Of a stretch of 52,782 nt of DNA, positions 1 to 7,733 are shown in pieces (positions within the stretch are counted from its first letter, which is position 1; every line of letters starts with the position of its first letter). The notes below the pieces were generated by a model, which did no database searches, had not been told where the DNA came from, and saw only the letters and a list, made by a program, of their open reading frames with translations. A program made the position numbers and the translations under genes. Source of the stretch: Escherichia phage vB_EcoM_swi3. The DNA is taken from sequence record MT768059.1; one strand, given 5' to 3'.

Positions 1-121
1 ACTTAGAGGTGTCTATATGTATGATCCGGTTTATCTCTTTATTAATATCAGAACCGGATGAAAAAAATTTACGCTGGCGAAAAAAATAAAAAAGCCGGAT
101 TGATAAATAAATCTGTAGACG

Positions 122-150
122 TTTACACTATAAAAAAGATGTGTTACAAT
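122..150 (+). promoter_or_regulatory. sigma70-like promoter (TTTACA-N17-TACAAT) upstream of 205..636
   Basis: Hexamers and 17-nt spacing read directly; 8-bp inverted repeat ATCCGGTT/AACCGGAT lies upstream at ~21..56. Confidence 0.45.
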
Positions 151-204
151 ATTTATCAATGTTGCTGATTACCAAATCTTTGGATTATATACGAGGCTGA
201 ATAA

Positions 205-636
205 ATGGTTAATATAAGACAGAAAGGACAGAACTTTGAGCGTAAAATGGCTAAGAAGTTCAATAGCTCGTTCGGATTAACTGTTGAGCGCAATCTTCAA
301 CAGTCTATTAATGGCGGGGATGACTTGCTGGGTGTACCGTTTTTCAGTGTTGAACTGAAGAAGCACAATACCAAGTCTATCGGAACATGGTGGAGACAGT
401 GTGCGGCATCGGCAAAGGCTCAGAACAAGATGCCGGTACTGATATACGAACTACCAAGAAAACAGCCTACCGTGGTGATGAATAAGGCTGATGTGATTGA
501 CTGTTTTCCAAGTGGCACGACTTTTAACGAGGCATCGAACCGCCTCTTTGTGGGTTTAGTAGAATTAACATGGGAACAATTTTGCCGGGTCTACAACTAT
601 TACGTTGCGCCCGGCACTCAATATCACGTCAATTAA
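205..636 (+). CDS. PD-(D/E)XK-fold nuclease, possibly Hjc/RecU-like Holliday junction resolvase
   Basis: 143 aa; N-terminal GQNFERK, then GGDDLL ... SVELKK matching D...(E)xK spacing of PD-(D/E)XK nucleases. Confidence 0.45.
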   Translation: MVNIRQKGQNFERKMAKKFNSSFGLTVERNLQQSINGGDDLLGVPFFSVELKKHNTKSIGTWWRQCAASAKAQNKMPVLIYELPRKQPTVVMNKADVIDCFPSGTTFNEASNRLFVGLVELTWEQFCRVYNYYVAPGTQYHVN

Positions 637-818
637 TCTTGTTTCAGCTCGTCACAAATGACACGCTGATTTTTGGCAGGGATAATACCAAGATTTAGCA
701 GGGTGTATGGACTATCAGCGACGCATTGTTCAACGGTAGTCCATTCAGGTTTGGATTCAACAATTTCGTAATTACAGTCGTGAGCTGCAATACATGTTGA
801 CAGTATTAAGCCAATCAC
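633..818 (-). CDS. hypothetical protein (GTG start)
   Basis: ORF continuing the leftward array; AGGTGA Shine-Dalgarno-like upstream; competes with antisense ORF 794..982. Confidence 0.25.
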   Translation of the reverse strand: MIGLILSTCIAAHDCNYEIVESKPEWTTVEQCVADSPYTLLNLGIIPAKNQRVICDELKQD

Positions 819-993
819 AAGTAATCACCTTCAACCAGGAACTCAAACAGCTGGTTGTAAACGTTGCAACCTTTAGCGAAAGAGCTTTCAGCAGGTTTAC
901 CGTCGCGGACGATCATCATATACTCACCGCCATGAATATCAACCCAGTATTGCATGCCACCTTTGACAGGGTTACGTTGTAAGAATTTAAACA

Positions 994-1239
994 TTATTTG
1001 CTCCTGATTCCAAGTTTATTCAATAACCAAATTGTCATGTCAACCCAGGTTAACGGTACAGTTTTCGGGGGTTGATAATCCCAGCAGCTTGCAGTTCTTT
1101 GTATTTCTGCTTGGCGCCGCTCCGCTTCGCGTAATACCGCATCGTCAGAAGTGCCGGCAGAAAAAAGATCGGTAACACCAGATAAATCGCGTTGATTAAC
1201 ACGTCGAGCAATGTCATATAAATCATCCTTAGAAAACAT
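994..1239 (-). CDS. hypothetical early protein
   Basis: 81-aa ORF downstream of minus-strand promoter at 1492..1520. Confidence 0.4.
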   Translation of the reverse strand: MFSKDDLYDIARRVNQRDLSGVTDLFSAGTSDDAVLREAERRQAEIQRTASCWDYQPPKTVPLTWVDMTIWLLNKLGIRSK

Positions 1240-1466
1240 AAGCCAATACCATAAGAATTATCAGAAAGACCACAACCAGCTTCCTCATCGCCCGACCTTC
1301 AGCATATGCAGGATTCACAACAGAATACTCAACAACATGTTTACAGCGGACCATAAGGCCTCCACTTGTGGGTTAATTCAAGCATGAGGACTTTCATCAA
1401 ATCCTCAGGATTGAATTAATTACCAGCTTTTAATCAAGCCCTGTCAGCGCCAGGACTTGACTAATA

Positions 1467-1670
1467 TCACTCTATCATTACCTGAACTACTATTATACAC
1501 TCTTTATTGAAGCGAGTAAACACTTTTCCACCATTAGTGCGTTTAGCCCCAGATTTTAGAGCTGACTGGCACCAGATATGCCACTCCTCAACTGTCAAGA
1601 ATTTTTGCTCAGCTTTGGGTGGCAATCCATTGGCAAGGTCTACCGTAGTAAATTTGACTAGTGGCATCAC
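1467..1670 (-). CDS. hypothetical early protein
   Basis: 67-aa ORF, 4-nt overlap with upstream ORF 1667..2056. Confidence 0.4.
   Translation of the reverse strand: MMPLVKFTTVDLANGLPPKAEQKFLTVEEWHIWCQSALKSGAKRTNGGKVFTRFNKECIIVVQVMIE
1492..1520 (-). promoter_or_regulatory. sigma70-like promoter (TTTACT-N17-TATAAT) on minus strand
   Basis: Reverse complement reads gTTTACTcgcttcaataaagagtgTATAAT; embedded in 3' end of ORF 1467..1670. Confidence 0.45.
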
Positions 1671-2056
1671 TTGACCTCAAATTTTGACTCGTCGTATTCC
1701 GGATCAGTCACGTCCCGGGTCGCACAATTTTTGATTGCTTCCCAGTAGCGTTGGGCGTCATCACCATCGACGTAAACCGTCCAGTGGCCGTAACCACCTT
1801 CAAATCTGTCCCAGGCTTGTTCCCAGACTTTGCCATCTTCCAGCTTGTACCAAGTTGGACGACTGTCAAACTCACGAATTGGATGGTACCCCATCAAGGG
1901 ATTCATCAGGTCGATAATGTCTTCCCGACTAATCTCCTGGTTCTCCCACAACACCGTCATGAATTGCTCAAACTTGAAGGCGTTTGGCAGAACTTTGAGT
2001 ACTTTACCGTCACAATATACGGTATAGATACCATCTTCGCATTTTGCACTGTACAT
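1667..2056 (-). CDS. hypothetical early protein
   Basis: 129-aa ORF in co-directional array. Confidence 0.5.
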   Translation of the reverse strand: MYSAKCEDGIYTVYCDGKVLKVLPNAFKFEQFMTVLWENQEISREDIIDLMNPLMGYHPIREFDSRPTWYKLEDGKVWEQAWDRFEGGYGHWTVYVDGDDAQRYWEAIKNCATRDVTDPEYDESKFEVK

Positions 2057-2129
2057 GTTTCTCTCTCCTGTTGATTGTGAATAATTTCAAAAATGAACTA
2101 TCACAACTTTGGACAGTTCATTGTTGAAA

Positions 2130-2318
2130 CTATGCTAACTTTGTTGCGATCTGAATTGTCAGCCGGAAATCTTCCATCAAGTTATCAAACTCTTTGGAAC
2201 CACCAACAGCATCAGATATTTGATCTTTCACAATTTGGGCATTTGATTCCAGTAATTCAATCAGGTGCGCCAATTCGTCTTCAGTCAATTTCAGATCTTT
2301 CATAATGCATCCACCCAA
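2130..2318 (-). CDS. hypothetical small acidic protein
   Basis: 62 aa, about 12 D/E vs 6 K/R. Confidence 0.4.
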   Translation of the reverse strand: MGGCIMKDLKLTEDELAHLIELLESNAQIVKDQISDAVGGSKEFDNLMEDFRLTIQIATKLA

Positions 2319-2557
2319 GCCATAACTTTTGCCAGTCTTACAACGTCTTCATGGTCCCGCTCGCCATCAGAAAATTCGCTGGCGATGATACCCATAATTG
2401 ACGCCAGATTCATGTTGATGATGTAGGCGTGTTGGCGCACTTCATCAATTCCTGAATCTATCACCAGTTCCGCAAATTCTTGTGAACCTTCATCCCATTC
2501 AGCCCAATACTGCTCAGCATAAAAGTCCAGTTCTTTTTTCATCTCAATGTCAGTCAT
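2300..2557 (-). CDS. hypothetical small acidic protein
   Basis: 85 aa, about 20 D/E vs 6 K/R. Confidence 0.45.
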   Translation of the reverse strand: MTDIEMKKELDFYAEQYWAEWDEGSQEFAELVIDSGIDEVRQHAYIINMNLASIMGIIASEFSDGERDHEDVVRLAKVMAWVDAL

Positions 2558-2562
2558 TTTGA

Positions 2563-2763
2563 TTACTCCTCAGAACCTGAAAATTTGTCGTCAATGGCTT
2601 CAACAATATAATCAAGAGTTGAAGTGTGAGAACTATCAGAAAAAGTGCCCATCTTCTCTAACTCAATCATCATATCACGCAAGGCCATCGCCTGGTCTTT
2701 GGTCAGTTTGATTTTAAGCATGTTTCTCTCCTGTTGATTGCGAATAACTTTCATTGATGGCAC
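2563..2763 (-). CDS. hypothetical small acidic protein
   Basis: 66 aa, acidic C-terminus. Confidence 0.4.
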   Translation of the reverse strand: MPSMKVIRNQQERNMLKIKLTKDQAMALRDMMIELEKMGTFSDSSHTSTLDYIVEAIDDKFSGSEE

Positions 2764-2785
2764 TACTTGAGCGCCATCTCAAAAA

Positions 2786-3355
2786 TTACTCTTCAGTTTC
2801 TTGTGCTTCAGTTTCAGGTTTTACTTCAGTATCAGGTTTTTTGCCAGTTACTGATTTGCCTTCGGTCACTTTACCAGATTTTACATCATTACGGTAGTAT
2901 GACATATATGACTGGATAACACGTTTTGCCTTAATATCATCCGCTTCCATTCCGCAAGCTTTCATCGCATCAGCGAGCGCCAATTTGGAGTCTTCCTTAT
3001 CCATCAGGTTGTAATCTTTGAACACCAGATAGCAGGTATCTTTAGTTGACGGACCAGATGACGATTTGCGAGAGCCACCAGCGGATGCTCGTGTTGTCGC
3101 AACTTTGACTTCTTCAACTTCCAGTTGGTTCAGCTCGTCAAACAAAGCCTTCACCAGCACTTCTTTGGAGTCTTTGACGCTTACAGTACTTTCATCATTA
3201 AGCGACTTAATCATCTTAATGATCTGGTTGTTGGCAAAGTACTGAAGACTATCCATCTGCACTACAATAGTGCCAAGACTTTCAGTAGTCAAACCAGATT
3301 TCACAGACTCGACAGAAAAAGCGGAAGTCAGGTAAACGTAGTTGATAGTTGTCAT
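2786..3355 (-). CDS. hypothetical protein with acidic C-terminal tail
   Basis: Start placed at internal ATG (3355) preceded by GAGGA; ORF-track start 3424 lies in palindrome GACAACTT..AAGTTGTC. Confidence 0.45.
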   Translation of the reverse strand: MTTINYVYLTSAFSVESVKSGLTTESLGTIVVQMDSLQYFANNQIIKMIKSLNDESTVSVKDSKEVLVKALFDELNQLEVEEVKVATTRASAGGSRKSSSGPSTKDTCYLVFKDYNLMDKEDSKLALADAMKACGMEADDIKAKRVIQSYMSYYRNDVKSGKVTEGKSVTGKKPDTEVKPETEAQETEE

Positions 3356-3450
3356 TTGATGTATCCTCGTTGATAGAATTTTTGATATGTGCCAATCCTT
3401 GGCAAGTAAGTCCAAACATGACAACTTTTGTCAAGTTGTCATGATTGAAA

Positions 3451-3753
3451 TCACTTCGCGCTTGCGTTTTCAACGGCTTGTACAACTTTCAACAAATGCC
3501 TGAAGTCATCATGATAGATTTCATTAAAGCCATCTGCCGCAAAGTTTTCGCCAATTAAGATCAGTCTTTCGCGGACCAAGTCAATCAATAGTTTATTGTC
3601 AGTTATTTCCGCACCTGTAACAAGTTCAACAAATAATTGCTGTACGTTATCGCAACGGATGTTACTTTCAATACACACTTGGCGCATGTCTTCAACTATT
3701 GACATGATTGTGACTTGCATTTCTACGTCAGAAGTGATGTTATTCAGTTTCAT
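3451..3753 (-). CDS. hypothetical small acidic protein
   Basis: 100 aa, about 17 D/E vs 9 K/R; first gene of leftward array next to control region. Confidence 0.45.
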   Translation of the reverse strand: MKLNNITSDVEMQVTIMSIVEDMRQVCIESNIRCDNVQQLFVELVTGAEITDNKLLIDLVRERLILIGENFAADGFNEIYHDDFRHLLKVVQAVENASAK

Positions 3754-3953
3754 AATAGTTACCTTTGTACTAGTTTCCAGGTGTGACTACTGTTACCAAT
3801 AGTCACTAGTTGAAACTACTACTTGTGTTACTATCAACAAGAAACATGTTACCAAATTGTTAAAGAGCAAAAGGTACCATTGACATCTACCAGATGTACC
3901 TGTTGACTGGTTAAGTACTACCTACCTAATCTAAACCATACCAATATCCTTTA

Positions 3954-3970
3954 GACCAGTTAGACTGGTC
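3954..3970. promoter_or_regulatory. perfect palindrome GACCAGT-TAG-ACTGGTC (putative operator)
   Basis: 7-bp arms with 3-bp spacer read directly; half-site GACTGGT recurs at 3905..3911. Confidence 0.4.
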
Positions 3971-4138
3971 AATCAGTCATCACATTCAATAAATATATAA
4001 TAGACCAATCGCTATTGATTGTACATAAAAGAATTGCAAGTTTATGCAAGTTTTTAGAAATGATAATCACTTGCGATTGATAGTGGTTCTCATATACAAT
4101 TGATATAGTTTCACATGTAATTATTCAACTCAAAATGG

Positions 4139-4370
4139 TCGGCAGGGGTTATAATAACATAGGGGTGCCACTTAAAGGAGCCGGCGAAATTATTTCTAAA
4201 AATATAATTTCAATCTGAATTATAGACGCTTTGTACTATAACGGCCGAAGTAGTTCACACGGTAATTGTACCAATCATAATAGTTACCAGAGTAATCATT
4301 TCAATTGAAATAGGTGCGGCGGGGGGTAATTTCGCAGGGGTGCTACCTGCCAGGAGCCAGCGGAATTTTT
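4139..4370. repeat. two copies of a ~57-bp GC-rich element, period ~176 bp
   Basis: 4139..4196 and 4315..4370 share GyCGGCrGGGG ... AGGGGTGCyAC ... AGGAGCCrGCGrAATT; flanked by AT-rich DNA. Confidence 0.5.
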
Positions 4371-4588
4371 TTATTTTTTGGTATTTTCTCCTTATCAGGA
4401 CCAATCATCATCAGAGTGATACGACAGGAGCTAACCTTTTGCCTAACACAATAATAAGTGAAGCCCCTCTAAAATTTTTTTATATTTTTCGGAAATTGTG
4501 TAGACACTCACTAAAAAGTGGTGTACTTTCTCTCCTCCACGCGCTATCATTAATGTGAATCATCAAACGGCCTCACGGTCTCCTACTT

Positions 4589-5086
4589 GTGGGTAACATT
4601 ATGAAAATTGTTCAATTAGAGCCATATCCGCCTCAATTGGCTATCGTTTGCAGCGAAAAAGAGCACGAAGAGCTCCAAAAACTGATGGATTTGCCTGATT
4701 TTGGCAACTGGAATGACCGAGAAACACGTACTGCATCTACCTTTACGTTCTCTCGCGTTAATTATCCGTACCTGTTAATTGTCGTCGAACTGTACCACCC
4801 GGACGACCTGAAGTACAACACCATTTCCCACGAAGGCATTCACGTAATGTCGTCGCTGATGAACTATGTTGGCCTTAAATACGACCCAGAAAACGATGAA
4901 TGGTACGCATATCAGCATGATTTCATCGTAAATGCCATTTGTAAGGCCCATGACGAGTACATTGAGCGCCAAAAAACGCCAAAAACTAAGCCAAAAATCG
5001 AAACAGGTAACCATCCTGCAATACTGCCACAAGACGTTATGAACTCGCTTTTGACTGACACTACTGGGGACTTTTTAGGTGATTAA
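4589..5086 (+). CDS. hypothetical protein with HExxH motif (possible small zinc metallopeptidase)
   Basis: 165 aa; motif ISHEGIHV; first gene of rightward block. Confidence 0.4.
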   Translation: MGNIMKIVQLEPYPPQLAIVCSEKEHEELQKLMDLPDFGNWNDRETRTASTFTFSRVNYPYLLIVVELYHPDDLKYNTISHEGIHVMSSLMNYVGLKYDPENDEWYAYQHDFIVNAICKAHDEYIERQKTPKTKPKIETGNHPAILPQDVMNSLLTDTTGDFLGD

Positions 5087-5753
5087 TATTATCTTTGCAA
5101 TGGGCCAAAATGGGGAATTCGGGTTATCTCCGGAGTTTATGAAGCATCAGGTTGACTCGTGCAAGACCATGGAAGAGGTTCGTGCACTTCCTAAATCGGG
5201 TCTACCCTGGAAATGTCAGTCAGACATGCTCTTTTTCAGGACTATGACTAATTCAATTGCGACAGAACCAGGCTATAATGCATATCAGCAACTACGTGGA
5301 CAATTCCCAAATGACCAGTTGCGAAACATGATAGCAGATGTAACGGTAAAAATGGTCGGACATAGTGTATTGTTAGCCGGTCGTAAAACGTATATGACTA
5401 TGAGTCTGCCTATGTCAGCCCACAGAATACTGCTGCCGGTATCTCGCCAGATTATGGCTTCAGAAGGCTACAATAATCTGGGTGAGATGGCCGCAGACCT
5501 TGAGTCCAGAGGTACTGACGTCTGGATTGTAGGGGGTGCCGAGTTGATACTTTCGGCCCTTGAAGAACACGCAAAAGACTTACTCCGTATCGACAACATG
5601 TTTATCAGTACGATCAAGCAATCAGGTCCAAGTGATATTTTAATGGATTGTAGCAAATTAATGATGTACATTGATAGCGACTTCACTTATAATGATGAAT
5701 ATGTTGATAACAAACAAGTGCTGATACAACGCTACAGGAGTTTACACAAATGA
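5079..5753 (+). CDS. dihydrofolate reductase-like protein
   Basis: 224 aa; LPW, GRKTY and VGGAEL blocks match DHFR conserved blocks (compare E. coli FolA, T4 Frd), with insertions; GTG start. Confidence 0.65.
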   Translation: MINIIFAMGQNGEFGLSPEFMKHQVDSCKTMEEVRALPKSGLPWKCQSDMLFFRTMTNSIATEPGYNAYQQLRGQFPNDQLRNMIADVTVKMVGHSVLLAGRKTYMTMSLPMSAHRILLPVSRQIMASEGYNNLGEMAADLESRGTDVWIVGGAELILSALEEHAKDLLRIDNMFISTIKQSGPSDILMDCSKLMMYIDSDFTYNDEYVDNKQVLIQRYRSLHK

Positions 5754-6256
5754 ACATCATAATCGAGGGGCCCGACAATGCTGGTAAAAGTACACTTATT
5801 GAGTTCCTTAAATCTCGTACTGGCCGCGATGTTATTCATAATACTGTTGATAAAGACCCCGAATCGGTCATGGCTAAACAGGCCAAAGAAAACGCGTTGG
5901 AAGGCAATTGCATTTATGACCGTAGCGCTGTTATATCTGAGTATATCTATTGTCTGGTTCTTCAACGTACGCCTGTCATCAATATTAATGTATCACATGT
6001 AGCAGATATGTGTGACAACGCCATCGTTATCTTTTGTATGCCACCTGTTGAAAAGGTACTGGCAACTACAAAAGACGAGATGCCTGGTGTTGTGGAAAAT
6101 CTTGAGGCGTTATACAATCAGTATGACAACCTCATTGACGAGCTGGTTATGATGAGTAAGCAGTTCTTCATTTACGACTGGACTGTTGAAGAAGACGGTC
6201 CTGAAGCAGTTCTCGAATATATCAACGAACGTATTAATAAGGAGTGGAACAAATGA
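5750..6256 (+). CDS. thymidylate kinase-like dNMP kinase
   Basis: 168 aa; P-loop IIIEGPDNAGKST and YDRS motif as in Tmk (IVIEGLEGAGKTT / DRH). Confidence 0.7.
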   Translation: MNIIIEGPDNAGKSTLIEFLKSRTGRDVIHNTVDKDPESVMAKQAKENALEGNCIYDRSAVISEYIYCLVLQRTPVININVSHVADMCDNAIVIFCMPPVEKVLATTKDEMPGVVENLEALYNQYDNLIDELVMMSKQFFIYDWTVEEDGPEAVLEYINERINKEWNK

Positions 6257-6972
6257 GCCCAGTATACAATACCTCAGTCACGCTGTCCGCAACCGTAGGG
6301 GACGTCAACAAGACAGTTACTGTGGGTTCAACTAACCCAAACCTGTCAGGTGAAGACCTGCTGCGCCTGGCCAAACGTGCTCTTGAAGATAATGAAGTGA
6401 CTGGTACTGAAGGCGTCAGCATTGAAATTAACGTCGAAGGATGTCCACACAGCATCAGTATTGCTACCTCTTCATTGCCGGATGATGAAACTCGTGAACA
6501 GCTGGAAACCAAAAAGTTCAACGATGAGCTGGAATATCGTACTGGTGAGATGTTCAGCAGTGCGTTAAACTGGTACTTGTGCAAGGCCTCGGGTTATACT
6601 GGTGCTCCTATGTCAGACCGCATGTTAGCTGATATGTCAGCTCGCGAAATTGCTAAAGGCTGGGCACATGTACAGATGCTGCAGGAGCATATCTGCAAAC
6701 TGGAAAGCTGCAATAAAGATGCGTCTGAGCTTATCACTGCCTATAAGCGACAGATTAACGACCTGCAGCAGTTGATGGGCAAACGTGCTGAAGAGTACGA
6801 GGCTGAGATTCGTAGCCTTAATGGTACAGCTGTTGCTAATAACCGTGCTTTCAGCGAAGAGCGTAAAGCGCTTATTGCCCAGCGTGACGCTGAAAAACGT
6901 CGTGCAGACGACCTGGCAGACCGTCTCAACTTTATCCGTAAGCATATGGATGCTATGGAAGGGGTAATCTGA
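6253..6972 (+). CDS. hypothetical protein with coiled-coil C-terminus
   Basis: ORF; start uncertain (6244 or 6253). Confidence 0.45.
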   Translation: MSPVYNTSVTLSATVGDVNKTVTVGSTNPNLSGEDLLRLAKRALEDNEVTGTEGVSIEINVEGCPHSISIATSSLPDDETREQLETKKFNDELEYRTGEMFSSALNWYLCKASGYTGAPMSDRMLADMSAREIAKGWAHVQMLQEHICKLESCNKDASELITAYKRQINDLQQLMGKRAEEYEAEIRSLNGTAVANNRAFSEERKALIAQRDAEKRRADDLADRLNFIRKHMDAMEGVI

Positions 6973-7262
6973 TGGACCTGTTCGATATGGTCGAACATCC
7001 TGAAGTAAACGGCTTGGCGGAAGCTAAGCCGTTTAGCTGGGATGAATTCGTAGCAGGCAAACCTGCTGTAACCCACAACGGGCAGATTGCATATTACGGA
7101 GGCCATAGCGAACATCCGATGTGCACTCACCTGTACAACGCTATCACAACCATATCCGACGAAAACGTTATTAAGTACGGAAAAGAGGTAATGCCTTTTC
7201 TTGTAGATGAACGCGGTTACTTCGAAGGTAAATGGTTCCCGTTTCTGGTAGAAATGGCCTAA
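6972..7262 (+). CDS. hypothetical protein
   Basis: 96-aa ORF, ATGA overlap with upstream gene. Confidence 0.45.
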   Translation: MDLFDMVEHPEVNGLAEAKPFSWDEFVAGKPAVTHNGQIAYYGGHSEHPMCTHLYNAITTISDENVIKYGKEVMPFLVDERGYFEGKWFPFLVEMA

Positions 7263-7378
7263 AAACCGGATAAATATAAAGGCGTCTAAGCTAGTTCTTC
7301 ATCTATATAAGCTACTTATTCGCCTTTCTACTGTAGACTTTCTCATCATCTCTCTAGACACTTCATTTTTATATTCTG

Positions 7379-7407
7379 TTTACTTACTTCGCGTAACTCG
7401 TTATAAT
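7379..7407 (+). promoter_or_regulatory. sigma70-like promoter TTTACT-N17-TATAAT(cc)
   Basis: Read directly; upstream of terminase small-subunit candidate. Confidence 0.5.
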
Positions 7408-7439
7408 CCCGACTATCCGGATTAACGAGGACGATACCC

Positions 7440-7730
7440 ATGGCAAAACCGAAAAAAACCCGTGAGGCAACAGAAGAGCTGTTGGCCACGATGCGACGTA
7501 TCCAACTGGACCCGTTGGAAGTTATGCAACGGGCTATCATACTTGCTGAACGTGAAGACGACTACAAAGCGATGATGGATGGTGCACTGGGCGTTATGCC
7601 GTACATGTATCCTAAACTGAAAGAATCCGTTGTCAAAGCAGACATCGACCAGAACCTGTCTGGTAATGGTGTCAACCTGAACATTACAATAGGCGACCAG
7701 AAAGTGGTAGATACTACTGGGGAAGAGTAA
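7440..7730 (+). CDS. putative terminase small subunit
   Basis: 96 aa, immediately upstream of terminase large subunit; position-based. Confidence 0.45.
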   Translation: MAKPKKTREATEELLATMRRIQLDPLEVMQRAIILAEREDDYKAMMDGALGVMPYMYPKLKESVVKADIDQNLSGNGVNLNITIGDQKVVDTTGEE

Positions 7731-7733
7731 TAA

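Noticed and set aside
794-982. 62-aa plus-strand ORF
   Set aside because: No recognisable RBS and conflicts with the co-directional minus-strand array; the competing minus ORF 633..818 is itself low-confidence.
4139-4370. CRISPR array
   Set aside because: Only two imperfect copies with ~176-bp period and no short regular spacers; not CRISPR-like.
4139-4370. Sigma54 (-24/-12) promoter in the GC-rich repeats
   Set aside because: The units contain TGCCAC/GTGGCAC-like strings but no GG-N10-GC arrangement with a TTGC -12 element at the right spacing.
6637-7130. Minus-strand ORFs 6637..6945 and 6741..7130
   Set aside because: Antisense to two plus-strand genes in a co-directional operon, no RBS; likely spurious.
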